Virus record (IMG/VR): IMGVR_UViG_3300038829_000108
Location: 1 to 43,053 of that record
DNA length: 43,053 nucleotides
Direction: 5' to 3' (one strand)
Source of the DNA: a virus
Shown here: piece by piece, positions 6,777 to 15,416 of the stretch
Numbering within the stretch: position 1 is the first letter of the stretch
Layout: every line of letters starts with the position of its first letter
The notes under the pieces: generated by a model
What the model was told of the DNA's origin: nothing
The model's database searches: none
The model's input: the letters and a program-made list of their open reading frames with translations, nothing else
Translations under genes and position numbers: made by a program

Positions 6777-8822
6777 CTATCCTCTATCTCCAAACGCATA
6801 AGACCACGTGGTCTCTGCTTCATCGTCGCCAAAATATGGCGCTGCCGCGCGTGAACAATTCGGATGCTGTAATGTGTTCGCTTCGAACAACTCTACAGTC
6901 CAGATTTGACCGTTTGCCAGATCGCACGCAGGTGCGCTGTCGTCAGCGCCACCATCCAGAATTTCAACCTTCGCCACGCCTGCGCCCTTATAGCGTTCGG
7001 CTGTGGCAGTATTTTGCGCCTGACCCAGTTCAGAGATCGCCACAGCGCGCGAACGGTTCTTGTAGGTTTCCTCAACAATGTCGCGCAATCCTGGGTGGGT
7101 ATCATCACCGCGCACAAGTTGGTCTATGCCCCATCCATTCTCGCTTCCATACTGCAAGGCTTCACGCAGGGCTTGCAATGTTTCACCTTGTATGTCCTCA
7201 GCGTGCTTTCCAGCCATTTTCAACGTGCGGGTTACGGCAGGGTCATTCAGGTCAAATGCCTTCTCCACGCCAAGCGCAACATTCCACGTATCCCAGGACA
7301 AGCGGGCAACCTCAACATAAAAACGTTTGACCAATGTTTCCAATTCCTGCTTGTCGGAATCATTCAACAGATCATCAGCGTCAGGCAGTTTTTTCACTGA
7401 TAACTGATAACTGATCACTGACTTCTTCCCTGCCCGATCAACCACGCGCCCTGCAAGCCCGCTGAAATATGCGCCTACAGACGCGCTCATCTTGGGCGCA
7501 AGTTTTTTACGAATATCCAGCAATGAGCTTGTAACGGATCGTCTTTGTGCTTTTGTCTCTGCGCGCATCCAAGCCTGTTTTTTAGGCTCGTTATTTCGCA
7601 GTACCTCACCGCTCCCATCTGCAGGTAAAAATTCTGTAGCCAATGAAACCTTGTAGACCTTATCGCCTGGCTCGGCTTTCAACCCGAGCATTTGTTTCAT
7701 CATCTCGCGTGTAATCGCCCCACGATCAAATGCCAGGGTCAAACGATCCCAACGCTTGCTTTCTTCTTCCTGCAATGCCCCCACTCGCCGCAGATCAAAC
7801 TGCAATGTGAAATTGCCAGGCAGACCAGGGTATTCATCCTTCAGCCCATTCAATAATTCCGAAGCCAGCGATCTCCACAAGGGTATCAATGTCGTTTCGG
7901 TAAATGCGCGTCTCGCGGCTACGTCACCATAATCGCTGCGCTTGATACCAACGTTCAAGCCAGCCACTGATGGAGGCACGCGGAAATTCGCCGCAATCCG
8001 TGATTCAGGAATATCAGCCAGGGTTTCAGCCGCCAATTTATGAAGGTCATACCCCATCTGTTCCACCTTCATTCCATGCGAAATAAATGCGGGTTCGCCC
8101 TTGCCATGCTTCTGTATCCACTGTCTTCCCATCCGATCAACTTCCTCTTGCGTTGAATCATCGTCTTCCTCTTTCGTGATCACAACCGAAGGCACTGCAT
8201 TATTTTTCAGCAGGGAAAATATATAGGATGATGCTTCGTTGTCCTTATCCACTTCACGCGCAGAAAGTTCAATCGCGCCGATCCCTTTCGCAGGCTGTAA
8301 TGGGTCAATCATCCACTTCCATTGAATGACATCATTCTTTGGAATTTGTATCTTCTTGCTATCGCCAGAATCGTATTCGTAGAAAGCTACAAACCCTTCG
8401 CTTGTGTTATGCCCTGGCGCAGGTGAGATCTGTCCATCATTGAATGGCCACAAATAAACGACCTTGCCGCTCGCCGATCTCTGCTTCCAGAAATAACAAT
8501 TACCTCCTGTGGGGGCATAGGTAATCGCAAACTGCATCATCTCTGCCTCACCCATATCTGGGTTCGGGTTCCTGATCAACTTCATGATCGGGTGGTTATA
8601 GTCTGGTACGAAGCGTCCTTCTTCATCGTATCCAGCCAGCAATGGAGGTTCAGGGAATGAAAATGCCAGCGTCGTTACGCACGCGCTCACAGCAGAATTT
8701 ACCCGATACCCCTCGCGGATTAGCCTGCTGTAAGAGATCAACGAAAAACTATGACGCACCCATTCAGGCACGAAAGAAAATAAAGAAGCCGCTTTGCGGA
8801 ATAAACCAGTGAACCATTTCAT
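6777..8822 (-). CDS. Portal protein fused to a MuF / SPP1 gp7-like minor head domain
   Basis: 681 aa. The N-terminal ~430 aa look like an HK97-type portal. The C-terminus ends with the MuF-like motif QHPNCSRAA. Confidence 0.8.
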   Translation of the reverse strand: MKWFTGLFRKAASLFSFVPEWVRHSFSLISYSRLIREGYRVNSAVSACVTTLAFSFPEPPLLAGYDEEGRFVPDYNHPIMKLIRNPNPDMGEAEMMQFAITYAPTGGNCYFWKQRSASGKVVYLWPFNDGQISPAPGHNTSEGFVAFYEYDSGDSKKIQIPKNDVIQWKWMIDPLQPAKGIGAIELSAREVDKDNEASSYIFSLLKNNAVPSVVITKEEDDDSTQEEVDRMGRQWIQKHGKGEPAFISHGMKVEQMGYDLHKLAAETLADIPESRIAANFRVPPSVAGLNVGIKRSDYGDVAARRAFTETTLIPLWRSLASELLNGLKDEYPGLPGNFTLQFDLRRVGALQEEESKRWDRLTLAFDRGAITREMMKQMLGLKAEPGDKVYKVSLATEFLPADGSGEVLRNNEPKKQAWMRAETKAQRRSVTSSLLDIRKKLAPKMSASVGAYFSGLAGRVVDRAGKKSVISYQLSVKKLPDADDLLNDSDKQELETLVKRFYVEVARLSWDTWNVALGVEKAFDLNDPAVTRTLKMAGKHAEDIQGETLQALREALQYGSENGWGIDQLVRGDDTHPGLRDIVEETYKNRSRAVAISELGQAQNTATAERYKGAGVAKVEILDGGADDSAPACDLANGQIWTVELFEANTLQHPNCSRAAAPYFGDDEAETTWSYAFGDRG

Positions 8823-10360
8823 TGGATTGTGCTCTTCCTACGTTTGCCGATCATTTCCAGCAACTTGTGATACGCGCTCGAAGCTGCATCCACCTGGTCA
8901 TCATTGCGCCCGCGTGGAAACGCAAGACACTCTTCGATGAAGGCCTGATTCCATGCGCCCTGCAATAGAATTGCAAGCCCGCCTTGAAACGCAGATTCAA
9001 GGTCTGACGAACGTGTTTCCTTATCGCCGCTCACAGTCTCAAACTTTGCGGGAAATCCCATCAATAGGCGGTTGGTAGCCTCTGCCGAATCCTTGCCCGC
9101 CGAGCCTGGGTCTTGCTGGTGCCAAATGAAAACCTTGCCGTATTGCTCTCGATCGGTTTCAGACGTCTTCTTCATTTTCTGATCCCGCTCGTATGATGTG
9201 CCGCGTATACGCACGACATCGAGAATATAGAAATATCCGTCTGAGCAATACGCCATCAAAACGCCCGCAGTGAAATCGCCAGTGGATGAGTTCGCCTTGT
9301 CCCAATATCGCAAGACGAAAAGGATATTCACATCTTCAGGCAGTTTGGCAATTTTCCTGAACCATTCACGCTTGTATTTCTGACCCGCTTTCGGGTATGG
9401 CAATTGCTGATAAAGTGCGTTGAAAAAATAATCGTCTGACGTTTCTTTGACCTTCAGCATTTCATCGCGCGTCATAATTGCAGGACAAAGCACGTCTCCT
9501 GGCTCGCGCCCCAACGGGTCCTTCATAGGCAGATAAACGCCATCCAGCATTTTTGCGTGTTGCTCTTCGAGTGATACTGCGTATTCAGATTGATCCAGGG
9601 CAAAGCCAGGCAGGGCAATGATCGTCCATTGCTTGGCTTTACGATTGCTGATCATCAGCTTCATGAATCTGCCCGCTGGGTCGTCTGGGTGCCAGTGGGT
9701 CATGACCAGTACCATCGCCTTTGCGCGCGGCACTACAGATGATCTCAGCCAATCCCAAATATCGTCGCGTGTGGCTTCGCTTTCAGCTTCGCGGTAATCT
9801 TTGATTAAGTCATCCAGAATGACCAGACCCTTTGCCCGTCCTGTGAATGCGCCGCCCACACCCGTTGCGATCATCCCGCCTCGGTTTGGTTTGGCAAGAT
9901 CCCACTTTGAAGTTGCGCGTGAGTCGGAGGACAAACGCACAGGCTCGTCTGAAGCGGAGAATTTTCCAAACACAGCCTGGTATCCCGATGAGGTCACAAT
10001 ATTTCTTACCTCGCGGCTGTTATCGGTGGATAAATCCGCGCCATACGATCCCATCAAAATACGCAGGTTCGGCAGCTTGCCCAAGGCGAACGATGGAAAA
10101 ACATTTGAGACCGTTACAGATTTTCCATGTTGCGGAGGCGTCAAGATCATTAAGTTCTCAATGCCTTCCTTGGTATCGCCTGCAAGGAACTTCAATACCT
10201 GCTCGCAGTAATAGGCAATGTAACGGTGCATGTCGTAGGCGCGATACCAATCAGGATAGATATATTCGCCGAAGGACGCCATATCTTCACTGGCAAGCGT
10301 GCGCCCCGCCGCCTCTTCCAGGAATTGCTGCTGGTCAAATTGCAGGAAGGCATTATTCAT
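8819..10360 (-). CDS. terL: Terminase large subunit
   Basis: Walker A-like PPQHGKS, Walker B LVILDDL, and THWHPDDPAGRF motifs, with a C-terminal nuclease half. Confidence 0.9.
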   Translation of the reverse strand: MNNAFLQFDQQQFLEEAAGRTLASEDMASFGEYIYPDWYRAYDMHRYIAYYCEQVLKFLAGDTKEGIENLMILTPPQHGKSVTVSNVFPSFALGKLPNLRILMGSYGADLSTDNSREVRNIVTSSGYQAVFGKFSASDEPVRLSSDSRATSKWDLAKPNRGGMIATGVGGAFTGRAKGLVILDDLIKDYREAESEATRDDIWDWLRSSVVPRAKAMVLVMTHWHPDDPAGRFMKLMISNRKAKQWTIIALPGFALDQSEYAVSLEEQHAKMLDGVYLPMKDPLGREPGDVLCPAIMTRDEMLKVKETSDDYFFNALYQQLPYPKAGQKYKREWFRKIAKLPEDVNILFVLRYWDKANSSTGDFTAGVLMAYCSDGYFYILDVVRIRGTSYERDQKMKKTSETDREQYGKVFIWHQQDPGSAGKDSAEATNRLLMGFPAKFETVSGDKETRSSDLESAFQGGLAILLQGAWNQAFIEECLAFPRGRNDDQVDAASSAYHKLLEMIGKRRKSTIQ

Positions 10361-11126
10361 TGTCCCCGCCTTCCCGATCCTCTTTTATTTCTTCAGCCAT
10401 GGTTTTTGCGTCTGCAAGTACATCGCTAAATATCTGTGTTGTATCCAGTGCCTGCAATGCTTCCTGTTCTTTGCGATCTTTTTCAATTTTCGCTTTGAAC
10501 TCGGAGATTTTTTCGGGTGTGTCCACGCCAGCCAACGAGAGCAATTTACCAAACGGAATACTTTTCAAAACTTCGTCCAGGTTCCCGCCCTCAGCGGTCA
10601 AATCAATTTCCGAGCGGTCCTTTAATACACCTGCAAGTTTGAAATGTAATTCGCGGTCATACTTGCCTTTGTAGTTGTCTTGCGCCGCCACGGTATACAT
10701 GGCTTCCAAACTATCTGGCAGACGTTCAATCGCGCTTTTCTTCCAGACCTCCCCCACCATCGCATCAATACCAGGGTTTTTTGCGCGCCACACGCTGAAC
10801 TGACGGTCACTGCTCATGCCAAGTAAATTCGCAAGTTGATCCTGTGTCTTCGGCCAACGGTGCTTCTTCGGCGTCCCCAGCCACATGATCAAAGCGGCAA
10901 CACGGAACGGCCATCGTCCAACGCGCAATGACAAATACAACTCAAATAAATAGGGCGCGATCCTTTTGCCCTGCGGATCAAGCTCCCAGATCGCTCCGCT
11001 CTCAAATTCCTTGCGTGCCACCTCTTCTCGAGTACGAACCTCATCCGCGCTTAAAGCAGAATTAGACTCTTCTTCGGGAAGGTCAAGGTTGAGCATGAGT
11101 TGATACGAAGGAACTGTAATAGGCAT
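10353..11126 (-). CDS. terS: Terminase small subunit (HTH)
   Basis: 257 aa directly upstream of and overlapping terL. HTH region KTQDQLANLLGMSSDRQFSVWR. Confidence 0.7.
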   Translation of the reverse strand: MPITVPSYQLMLNLDLPEEESNSALSADEVRTREEVARKEFESGAIWELDPQGKRIAPYLFELYLSLRVGRWPFRVAALIMWLGTPKKHRWPKTQDQLANLLGMSSDRQFSVWRAKNPGIDAMVGEVWKKSAIERLPDSLEAMYTVAAQDNYKGKYDRELHFKLAGVLKDRSEIDLTAEGGNLDEVLKSIPFGKLLSLAGVDTPEKISEFKAKIEKDRKEQEALQALDTTQIFSDVLADAKTMAEEIKEDREGGDNE

Positions 11127-11136
11127 AATAAGCTCC

Positions 11137-11415
11137 TTACACGTTCCTATTACGCTTACTCATGGCGCGTTGACCGCGAACCTCGGCCAGATCTTCGCGC
11201 ATCAACTTGATTTCATCTGCCATTCTGCCGATGGCCGCGTTCATTTGTTCGCGTTGTGTTTGCAAAAACTGGCGATTCACTTCGGATTGCTGACCAATAA
11301 AAGCAACCATCTGCGAATTGGTCTCTTTCAACTGCTTCAAAAATAAAATCACAACGAACACCACAACGCCTGCAAGCGGAATTTGCAAAAGAAGGTTGAT
11401 TACCGAATCACTCAT
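11137..11415 (-). CDS. Membrane-anchored coiled-coil protein (92 aa)
   Basis: N-terminal TM segment LLLQIPLAGVVVFVVILFL followed by a coiled coil. GAGG RBS. Confidence 0.6.
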   Translation of the reverse strand: MSDSVINLLLQIPLAGVVVFVVILFLKQLKETNSQMVAFIGQQSEVNRQFLQTQREQMNAAIGRMADEIKLMREDLAEVRGQRAMSKRNRNV

Positions 11416-11430
11416 AAAACCTCATTCATA

Positions 11431-11466
11431 GGGGACGGCATGTTGTTCAATCAACATGCCATCCCC
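11431..11466 (-). other. 15-bp GC-rich intergenic stem-loop
   Basis: GGGGACGGCATGTTG / CAACATGCCATCCCC. The single mismatch is G:U-compatible on the minus-sense RNA. There is no U-tract. Confidence 0.6.
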
Positions 11467-11471
11467 ATTTG

Positions 11472-11960
11472 TTATTTATTTTTACGAGCCGCAATCGTGC
11501 CGCTGGCTGCATCGGGTAATGTAATCCATCCAGCCTTGATAGCCAGACCGTCAAAGACGCGCTTGAGAAGTACGTTGTAGATGAGTGTTGCGAATGATGT
11601 AGGGACAGCCAATGCAACCAGCAACGAACTGACGAAGCCGAAGAACGCGCTCACGAATGTCACAGGGTCGGTGAATGCAGGAAATGCAGGAATCGCCACG
11701 CCGCCCCAGTACACTGCCAGAATAAGTGACACGCCATACAAAAGCACGGTAAGCCATTCACGCTTCACCTCGATCTGCGGCCAGCGGTCCATCACGATCT
11801 TGAGCGCGTATAGAATCGCCGAGGCAAACAAACCGATCACATACAACTGCACGGCATCGGTTACAGCAACGGGCGGCGCTTCACCCTGCGCGAATGCAGG
11901 CATCACAAAAAATGCCGAAACAAACAGAACAACGAGTAAAACAAAAAAAATCTTTTTCAT
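11472..11960 (-). CDS. Multi-pass membrane protein with signal peptide (holin-like candidate)
   Basis: ATG at 11960 follows AAGGAG. It starts MKKIFFVLLVVLFVSAFFVMPAFA and has at least 3 further TM segments. It is the first gene after the late terminator. Confidence 0.6.
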   Translation of the reverse strand: MKKIFFVLLVVLFVSAFFVMPAFAQGEAPPVAVTDAVQLYVIGLFASAILYALKIVMDRWPQIEVKREWLTVLLYGVSLILAVYWGGVAIPAFPAFTDPVTFVSAFFGFVSSLLVALAVPTSFATLIYNVLLKRVFDGLAIKAGWITLPDAASGTIAARKNK

Positions 11961-11990
11961 CGTACAAATCTCCTTTTTGAAATAGATAAC

Positions 11991-12032
11991 AAAAAAAGCG
12001 CCCGACACCTCCCGAAGGGGAGTGTCGAGCGC
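11991..12032 (-). terminator. Rho-independent terminator between the late promoter and the late genes
   Basis: Minus sense reads GCGCTCGACACTCCC-CTTC-GGGAGGTGTCGGGCGC followed by TTTTTTT. Confidence 0.85.
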
Positions 12033-12048
12033 CTCTCAACCAATTTTT

Positions 12049-12083
12049 TGTGACTGCCAGAATCCTTGCGGATTGCTGTCACA
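12049..12083 (-). other. Structured leader stem-loop with GNRA (GCAA) tetraloop
   Basis: Minus sense reads TGTGACAGC..AATCC-GCAA-GGATT..GGCAGTCACA. It lies between the promoter at 12107-12134 and the terminator. Confidence 0.55.
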
Positions 12084-12106
12084 GCAGAATATTTATTTGT
12101 AGATAA

Positions 12107-12134
12107 ATTTTAACATTAAATGAGTCAATGTCAA
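12107..12134 (-). promoter_or_regulatory. Sigma70-type promoter (late, proximal)
   Basis: TTGACA (12134-12129), 16-nt spacer, TGT-TAAAAT extended -10 (12112-12107). Confidence 0.7.
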
Positions 12135-12150
12135 GATTTTAATTAAAGCA

Positions 12151-12189
12151 CAAACGCCACGGCCTGAGGGGGGCAGGTCATGGCGTTTG
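12151..12189 (-). terminator. Stem-loop with a weak T-rich tail after the distal promoter (possible terminator or attenuator)
   Basis: 9-bp stem CAAACGCCA/TGGCGTTTG enclosing an inner 6-bp stem, followed on the minus sense by TGCTTTAATT. Confidence 0.45.
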
Positions 12190-12197
12190 CAAGTCGA

Positions 12198-12225
12198 ATT
12201 ATAGAATCTTTTCGTAAATTGTCAA
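12198..12225 (-). promoter_or_regulatory. Sigma70 consensus promoter (late, distal)
   Basis: TTGACA (12225-12220), 16-nt spacer, TATAAT (12203-12198). It overlaps the stop codon of the 71-aa gene. Confidence 0.7.
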
Positions 12226-12437
12226 CTGCCAATTCTTAGCAATGCATCTCCAACCATCAAAGCCTCTTCCAATAAAAAGTTGAATTGCCGCAAATACTCG
12301 ATCTGTTTCCACGCCGCGCGTTCAACCTCGCTCATTCCTTCAGCCATCTCCTGCACCCTTGAAAAACAAAGCTGGAGCTTCTCCAGCTCCAGCGCATAAA
12401 CTTCCTTTGGGTTTATATTGTATTGCCCGCTCCGCAT
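12222..12437 (-). CDS. Hypothetical protein (71 aa), last gene before the late control region
   Basis: GGGAGG RBS and a helical sequence. Its position fits a late regulator, but no motif was recognised. Confidence 0.55.
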   Translation of the reverse strand: MRSGQYNINPKEVYALELEKLQLCFSRVQEMAEGMSEVERAAWKQIEYLRQFNFLLEEALMVGDALLRIGS

Positions 12438-12452
12438 GATTGCCTCCCTATT

Positions 12453-12722
12453 CTATTTGGCGTATTCGCCCTTGTGGTTCAATCGGTCACTGATTTCCCG
12501 CAATTCTGCCGCGATGTCTGTCAAATCTCCAACGTGTCCCCAGTGGTGCCCGCCCTGCCCGCTTGCCGCGCGATCATGCGCCTGCAATCCAACCTTGATT
12601 TCCCTCAAAAGTTTCTCAATCTCAGCCTGCTTTTCCTCGTATTTTTCGAGGCTTCCTTCGCGGCTTGCTAAATTGCGCTTCTTTGCGTTTGCCTTTCGAA
12701 TTTGCAAAATGTTCTGTTTCAT
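12453..12722 (-). CDS. Hypothetical coiled-coil protein (89 aa)
   Basis: ATG at 12722 follows AAGGAG. The longer track ORF would overlap the methyltransferase gene end. Confidence 0.55.
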   Translation of the reverse strand: MKQNILQIRKANAKKRNLASREGSLEKYEEKQAEIEKLLREIKVGLQAHDRAASGQGGHHWGHVGDLTDIAAELREISDRLNHKGEYAK

Positions 12723-12774
12723 GTTGATCTCCTTTGTTTGATTTTCATCATTAGGATGTAGTACCCAAAGGAAG

Positions 12775-14025
12775 TCAAGCCATTTGTGTTGATAAAAGAA
12801 CTGGCGTTTGTCCGCTGAACTGCGCCCATCTTTCAATCGTCACTGCCGCGTAGATCGTATCCAACTCCACTGCCCTGCATCGCCTCCCGAGTTGCTCACA
12901 GACAATTAAAGTTGTCCCGCTCCCAACAAATGGGTCAATCACTATATCGCCAGGCAAGCTCGAATTATTCAGCGATCTCTCCACCAGCGGAAGCGGCTTC
13001 ATGGTTGGATGATCGTCACTGCGCTTCGGTCTATCTATTTGCCAAACATCTGATTGTTTGCGGTCTGTAACTTCTCGCACTCGTGAAGCGTCGCTTTTCC
13101 ATCCATACCAGAGCGGCTCGAATTGCGTATGATAGTCTTTGCGTGAAAGCACAAGTTGATCCTTCATCCAAATGATCGTACTTGACCAATGGAAGCCTTT
13201 ATCCCTCAAGACCTTGTCAATCACGGGCCACTCCTGCGCGCTCATTGCCAAATAGATCAACGCGCCTGGCTCGCAAGCATTCCAAATACTATTCACTGCC
13301 GCGCGCATGAACTCAGGAAATTTCTCTCCCAAATTATCGTTTTTCATTGTTCGTTTTTTATAACCCTGAGGGTTATCTTTTTCAATGTGCCCGCCATAAT
13401 CCACATTCCATGGCGGATCAGTCCAGCAAATCTGCGCTTTCTCTCCCTGCATCAATTTATCCATCACGCTTTCATCTGTGCAATCTCCAACAAATAACCG
13501 ATGATTTCCCAACGTCCACAATTGACCTTCTTCCACTTTCCATTTCTGAACCAATTCATCGGCTTGATCCATAAGTTCAGCAGGATCGGCGGTTTCCTCC
13601 TGTATATTTGCATCCGCCTGAAGAAGTAACTTCTGCAATTCCTTGTCCAGAAAACCGAGCGAATCAAAATCCAGACCAAGCGCAGCATCCTGCGCGATCA
13701 CATCCGCGTCCCACTCCAAATCAATTTCAGCCACGCGATTATCAAGGTATGCCAATCGTCGCGCCTCACCTGCAGAGTCTTCAAGATCTAAATCCTGACG
13801 CTGAACGACAACGAGTTCATCCCGATTGGTTGGAATGATCCGCACCTTCATTCCCGCCTTCCTCGCCGCCTCCAACGTCTTATTACCAGCAATCACATGC
13901 CCATCTTTATCCACCAGGATGGATCGCCCTGCTCCCAATTCCTTTATGGATTGCTCAAGCAGTTCTCTTCCGCGCCCTGTGCCTTTATTCGCATTGTGAT
14001 TGTCATATTGTAAATTGTCACTCAT
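12775..14025 (-). CDS. ParB-N domain fused to a beta-class DNA methyltransferase (DPPW, likely N6-adenine)
   Basis: ATG at 14025 overlaps the upstream TGA (ATGA) after GGAGGA. The ParB-like N-domain contains GRSILVDKDGHVIAGNKTLEAARKAG. Motif IV is TDPPW and precedes motif I IDPFVGSGTT. Confidence 0.85.
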   Translation of the reverse strand: MSDNLQYDNHNANKGTGRGRELLEQSIKELGAGRSILVDKDGHVIAGNKTLEAARKAGMKVRIIPTNRDELVVVQRQDLDLEDSAGEARRLAYLDNRVAEIDLEWDADVIAQDAALGLDFDSLGFLDKELQKLLLQADANIQEETADPAELMDQADELVQKWKVEEGQLWTLGNHRLFVGDCTDESVMDKLMQGEKAQICWTDPPWNVDYGGHIEKDNPQGYKKRTMKNDNLGEKFPEFMRAAVNSIWNACEPGALIYLAMSAQEWPVIDKVLRDKGFHWSSTIIWMKDQLVLSRKDYHTQFEPLWYGWKSDASRVREVTDRKQSDVWQIDRPKRSDDHPTMKPLPLVERSLNNSSLPGDIVIDPFVGSGTTLIVCEQLGRRCRAVELDTIYAAVTIERWAQFSGQTPVLLSTQMA

Positions 14026-15416
14026 ACATCCTCCGCTAATATCGGGTTTTTGCCCGTCAATAAATACCACCTCTCTAATGTAGCCGCCACATATTTGGGC
14101 AACAGTTCACTGCCATAACAAATTCTGCCCATCACCTCGCAGGCGATCAACGTTGTCCCGCTTCCGCAGAATGGCTCAAAGACGATCTCGCCGCGCTTTG
14201 TATAAAGCATCAAATGACGGATTGGCAACTCCAACGGAAACGCCGCCTCATGTCCGTTTGACCTGGCATTGCCTTTTATATCGTCCCAATATGCGCGCAG
14301 CGCCCACGTTGTTCCCGTCCATTCCTGCCCGCGTTGTTTTCCTTGTTTATGATAAAAAGTCAAAAGACTCTGCACATCGTCTTCGCGCACAGCATCTTCA
14401 AATTTCATCGTCTGACCTTCAGCGTGTTCGTATGTCCCTAAAAATTCACAATGCTGATCTATCACATCCGCCCTGGGCGATGTACTCATCAATTGTCCCT
14501 CCTTCAGCCAATGACGTACATGCCGCAAATTCCAACCGCGAGATCTCAAATCATTTGTCCACTGGTCAATCAATAGCAATACATGCCGCTTTGCCTTCTT
14601 GTCGAATGCGGTTGTAAATCCAGTGCCCGTATTGATCACAATTCTACTTTCGTCTCTCCGCGTTACTGCGTCAATCACGCCGCATATTTGTTCAATGAAT
14701 TCTGAAATCTGTTCTTCGCTCGTCTGTGTTTCATATCCCTTGCCCACCCAATAAGGCGGACTGGTAAAGGTCAAAGCCGCCTTGTCGCTTCCCATCAGAC
14801 GATCCATGTTCCCCATGTCAGTTGCATCTCCGCAGATCAACCGATGGTTTCCCATCTTCCATACCTGTCCCACCTCCACGCCCCATTTGACGGTCAGCTC
14901 GTCGCCCTTTTCGCTCTGGTCACCTGGGTCTTTTCCTGCTTCATCCCCAATTCCAGCCTGATCCAGCAACTGGCGCAACTCCCCCTCGAGGAAACCAACC
15001 CCATCAAGTTCAAGACCTGCCGCCATATCGTCAGCCAATTGCTCTGCATCCCAATTCAAGTCCAATTCACTCACGCGATTATCCATGTATGCCAGGCGTC
15101 GAGCTTCACCAGATGAATCATTCAGATCCAGATCAGTTCGTTGAACAGCGACCAGCTCATCCCGTCCCGCCTGAACGATACGGACTTTCAACCCTGCCTC
15201 CTGCGCCGCATCGAATGTCTTATTGCCAGCGATCAACTTTCCATTCTTATCCAACAGGACAGAACGTCCGCCTCCCAGCTCGCGCACCGACTGAGTCAAA
15301 AGTTTCTTGCCGCGCTCCGTGCCTTTATTGGCATTATGTTCATCGTGAGTGATTTCCCCCTCTCCATTTGTACTCAAATGGGGAGGGGTCAGGGGTGGGG
15401 TCGGGTTATTCGTCAT
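14022..15416 (-). CDS. ParB-N domain fused to a beta-class DNA methyltransferase (SPPY, likely N4-cytosine)
   Basis: The N-domain is paralogous to the downstream gene. Motif IV is TSPPY and motif I is FEPFCGSGTT. The first ~20 codons are encoded by repeat element H. Confidence 0.8.
   Translation of the reverse strand: MTNNPTPPLTPPHLSTNGEGEITHDEHNANKGTERGKKLLTQSVRELGGGRSVLLDKNGKLIAGNKTFDAAQEAGLKVRIVQAGRDELVAVQRTDLDLNDSSGEARRLAYMDNRVSELDLNWDAEQLADDMAAGLELDGVGFLEGELRQLLDQAGIGDEAGKDPGDQSEKGDELTVKWGVEVGQVWKMGNHRLICGDATDMGNMDRLMGSDKAALTFTSPPYWVGKGYETQTSEEQISEFIEQICGVIDAVTRRDESRIVINTGTGFTTAFDKKAKRHVLLLIDQWTNDLRSRGWNLRHVRHWLKEGQLMSTSPRADVIDQHCEFLGTYEHAEGQTMKFEDAVREDDVQSLLTFYHKQGKQRGQEWTGTTWALRAYWDDIKGNARSNGHEAAFPLELPIRHLMLYTKRGEIVFEPFCGSGTTLIACEVMGRICYGSELLPKYVAATLERWYLLTGKNPILAEDV
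15357..15406 (-). repeat. Stem-loop element, copy H (inside the methyltransferase N-terminal codons)
   Basis: CCCCTCTCCATTTG-TACT-CAAATGGGGAGGGG, then TCAGGGGTGGGGTCGGGT. It abuts the TerS-like stop at 15406. Confidence 0.75.

Noticed and set aside
5912-6832. Longer N-terminal versions of several track ORFs (5912..6832, 29447..29854, 31199..32149, 11472..12008, 3529..4065, 12453..12836, 12775..14070)
   Set aside because: The extended starts fall inside repeat elements, terminators or upstream genes and lack an RBS. Internal ATGs with AAGGAG-type sites at proper spacing give products that begin at conserved family N-termini.
9847-10674. Long plus-strand ORFs antisense to well-supported genes (for example 9847..10674, 22127..22795, 39972..40697, 41780..42703, 6734..7330, 3445..4041, 9..641)
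   Set aside because: They lie entirely inside recognisable minus-strand genes. Their translations are low-complexity and rich in Pro, Arg and Ser. They lack Shine-Dalgarno sequences. They are typical shadow ORFs of the compositional bias.
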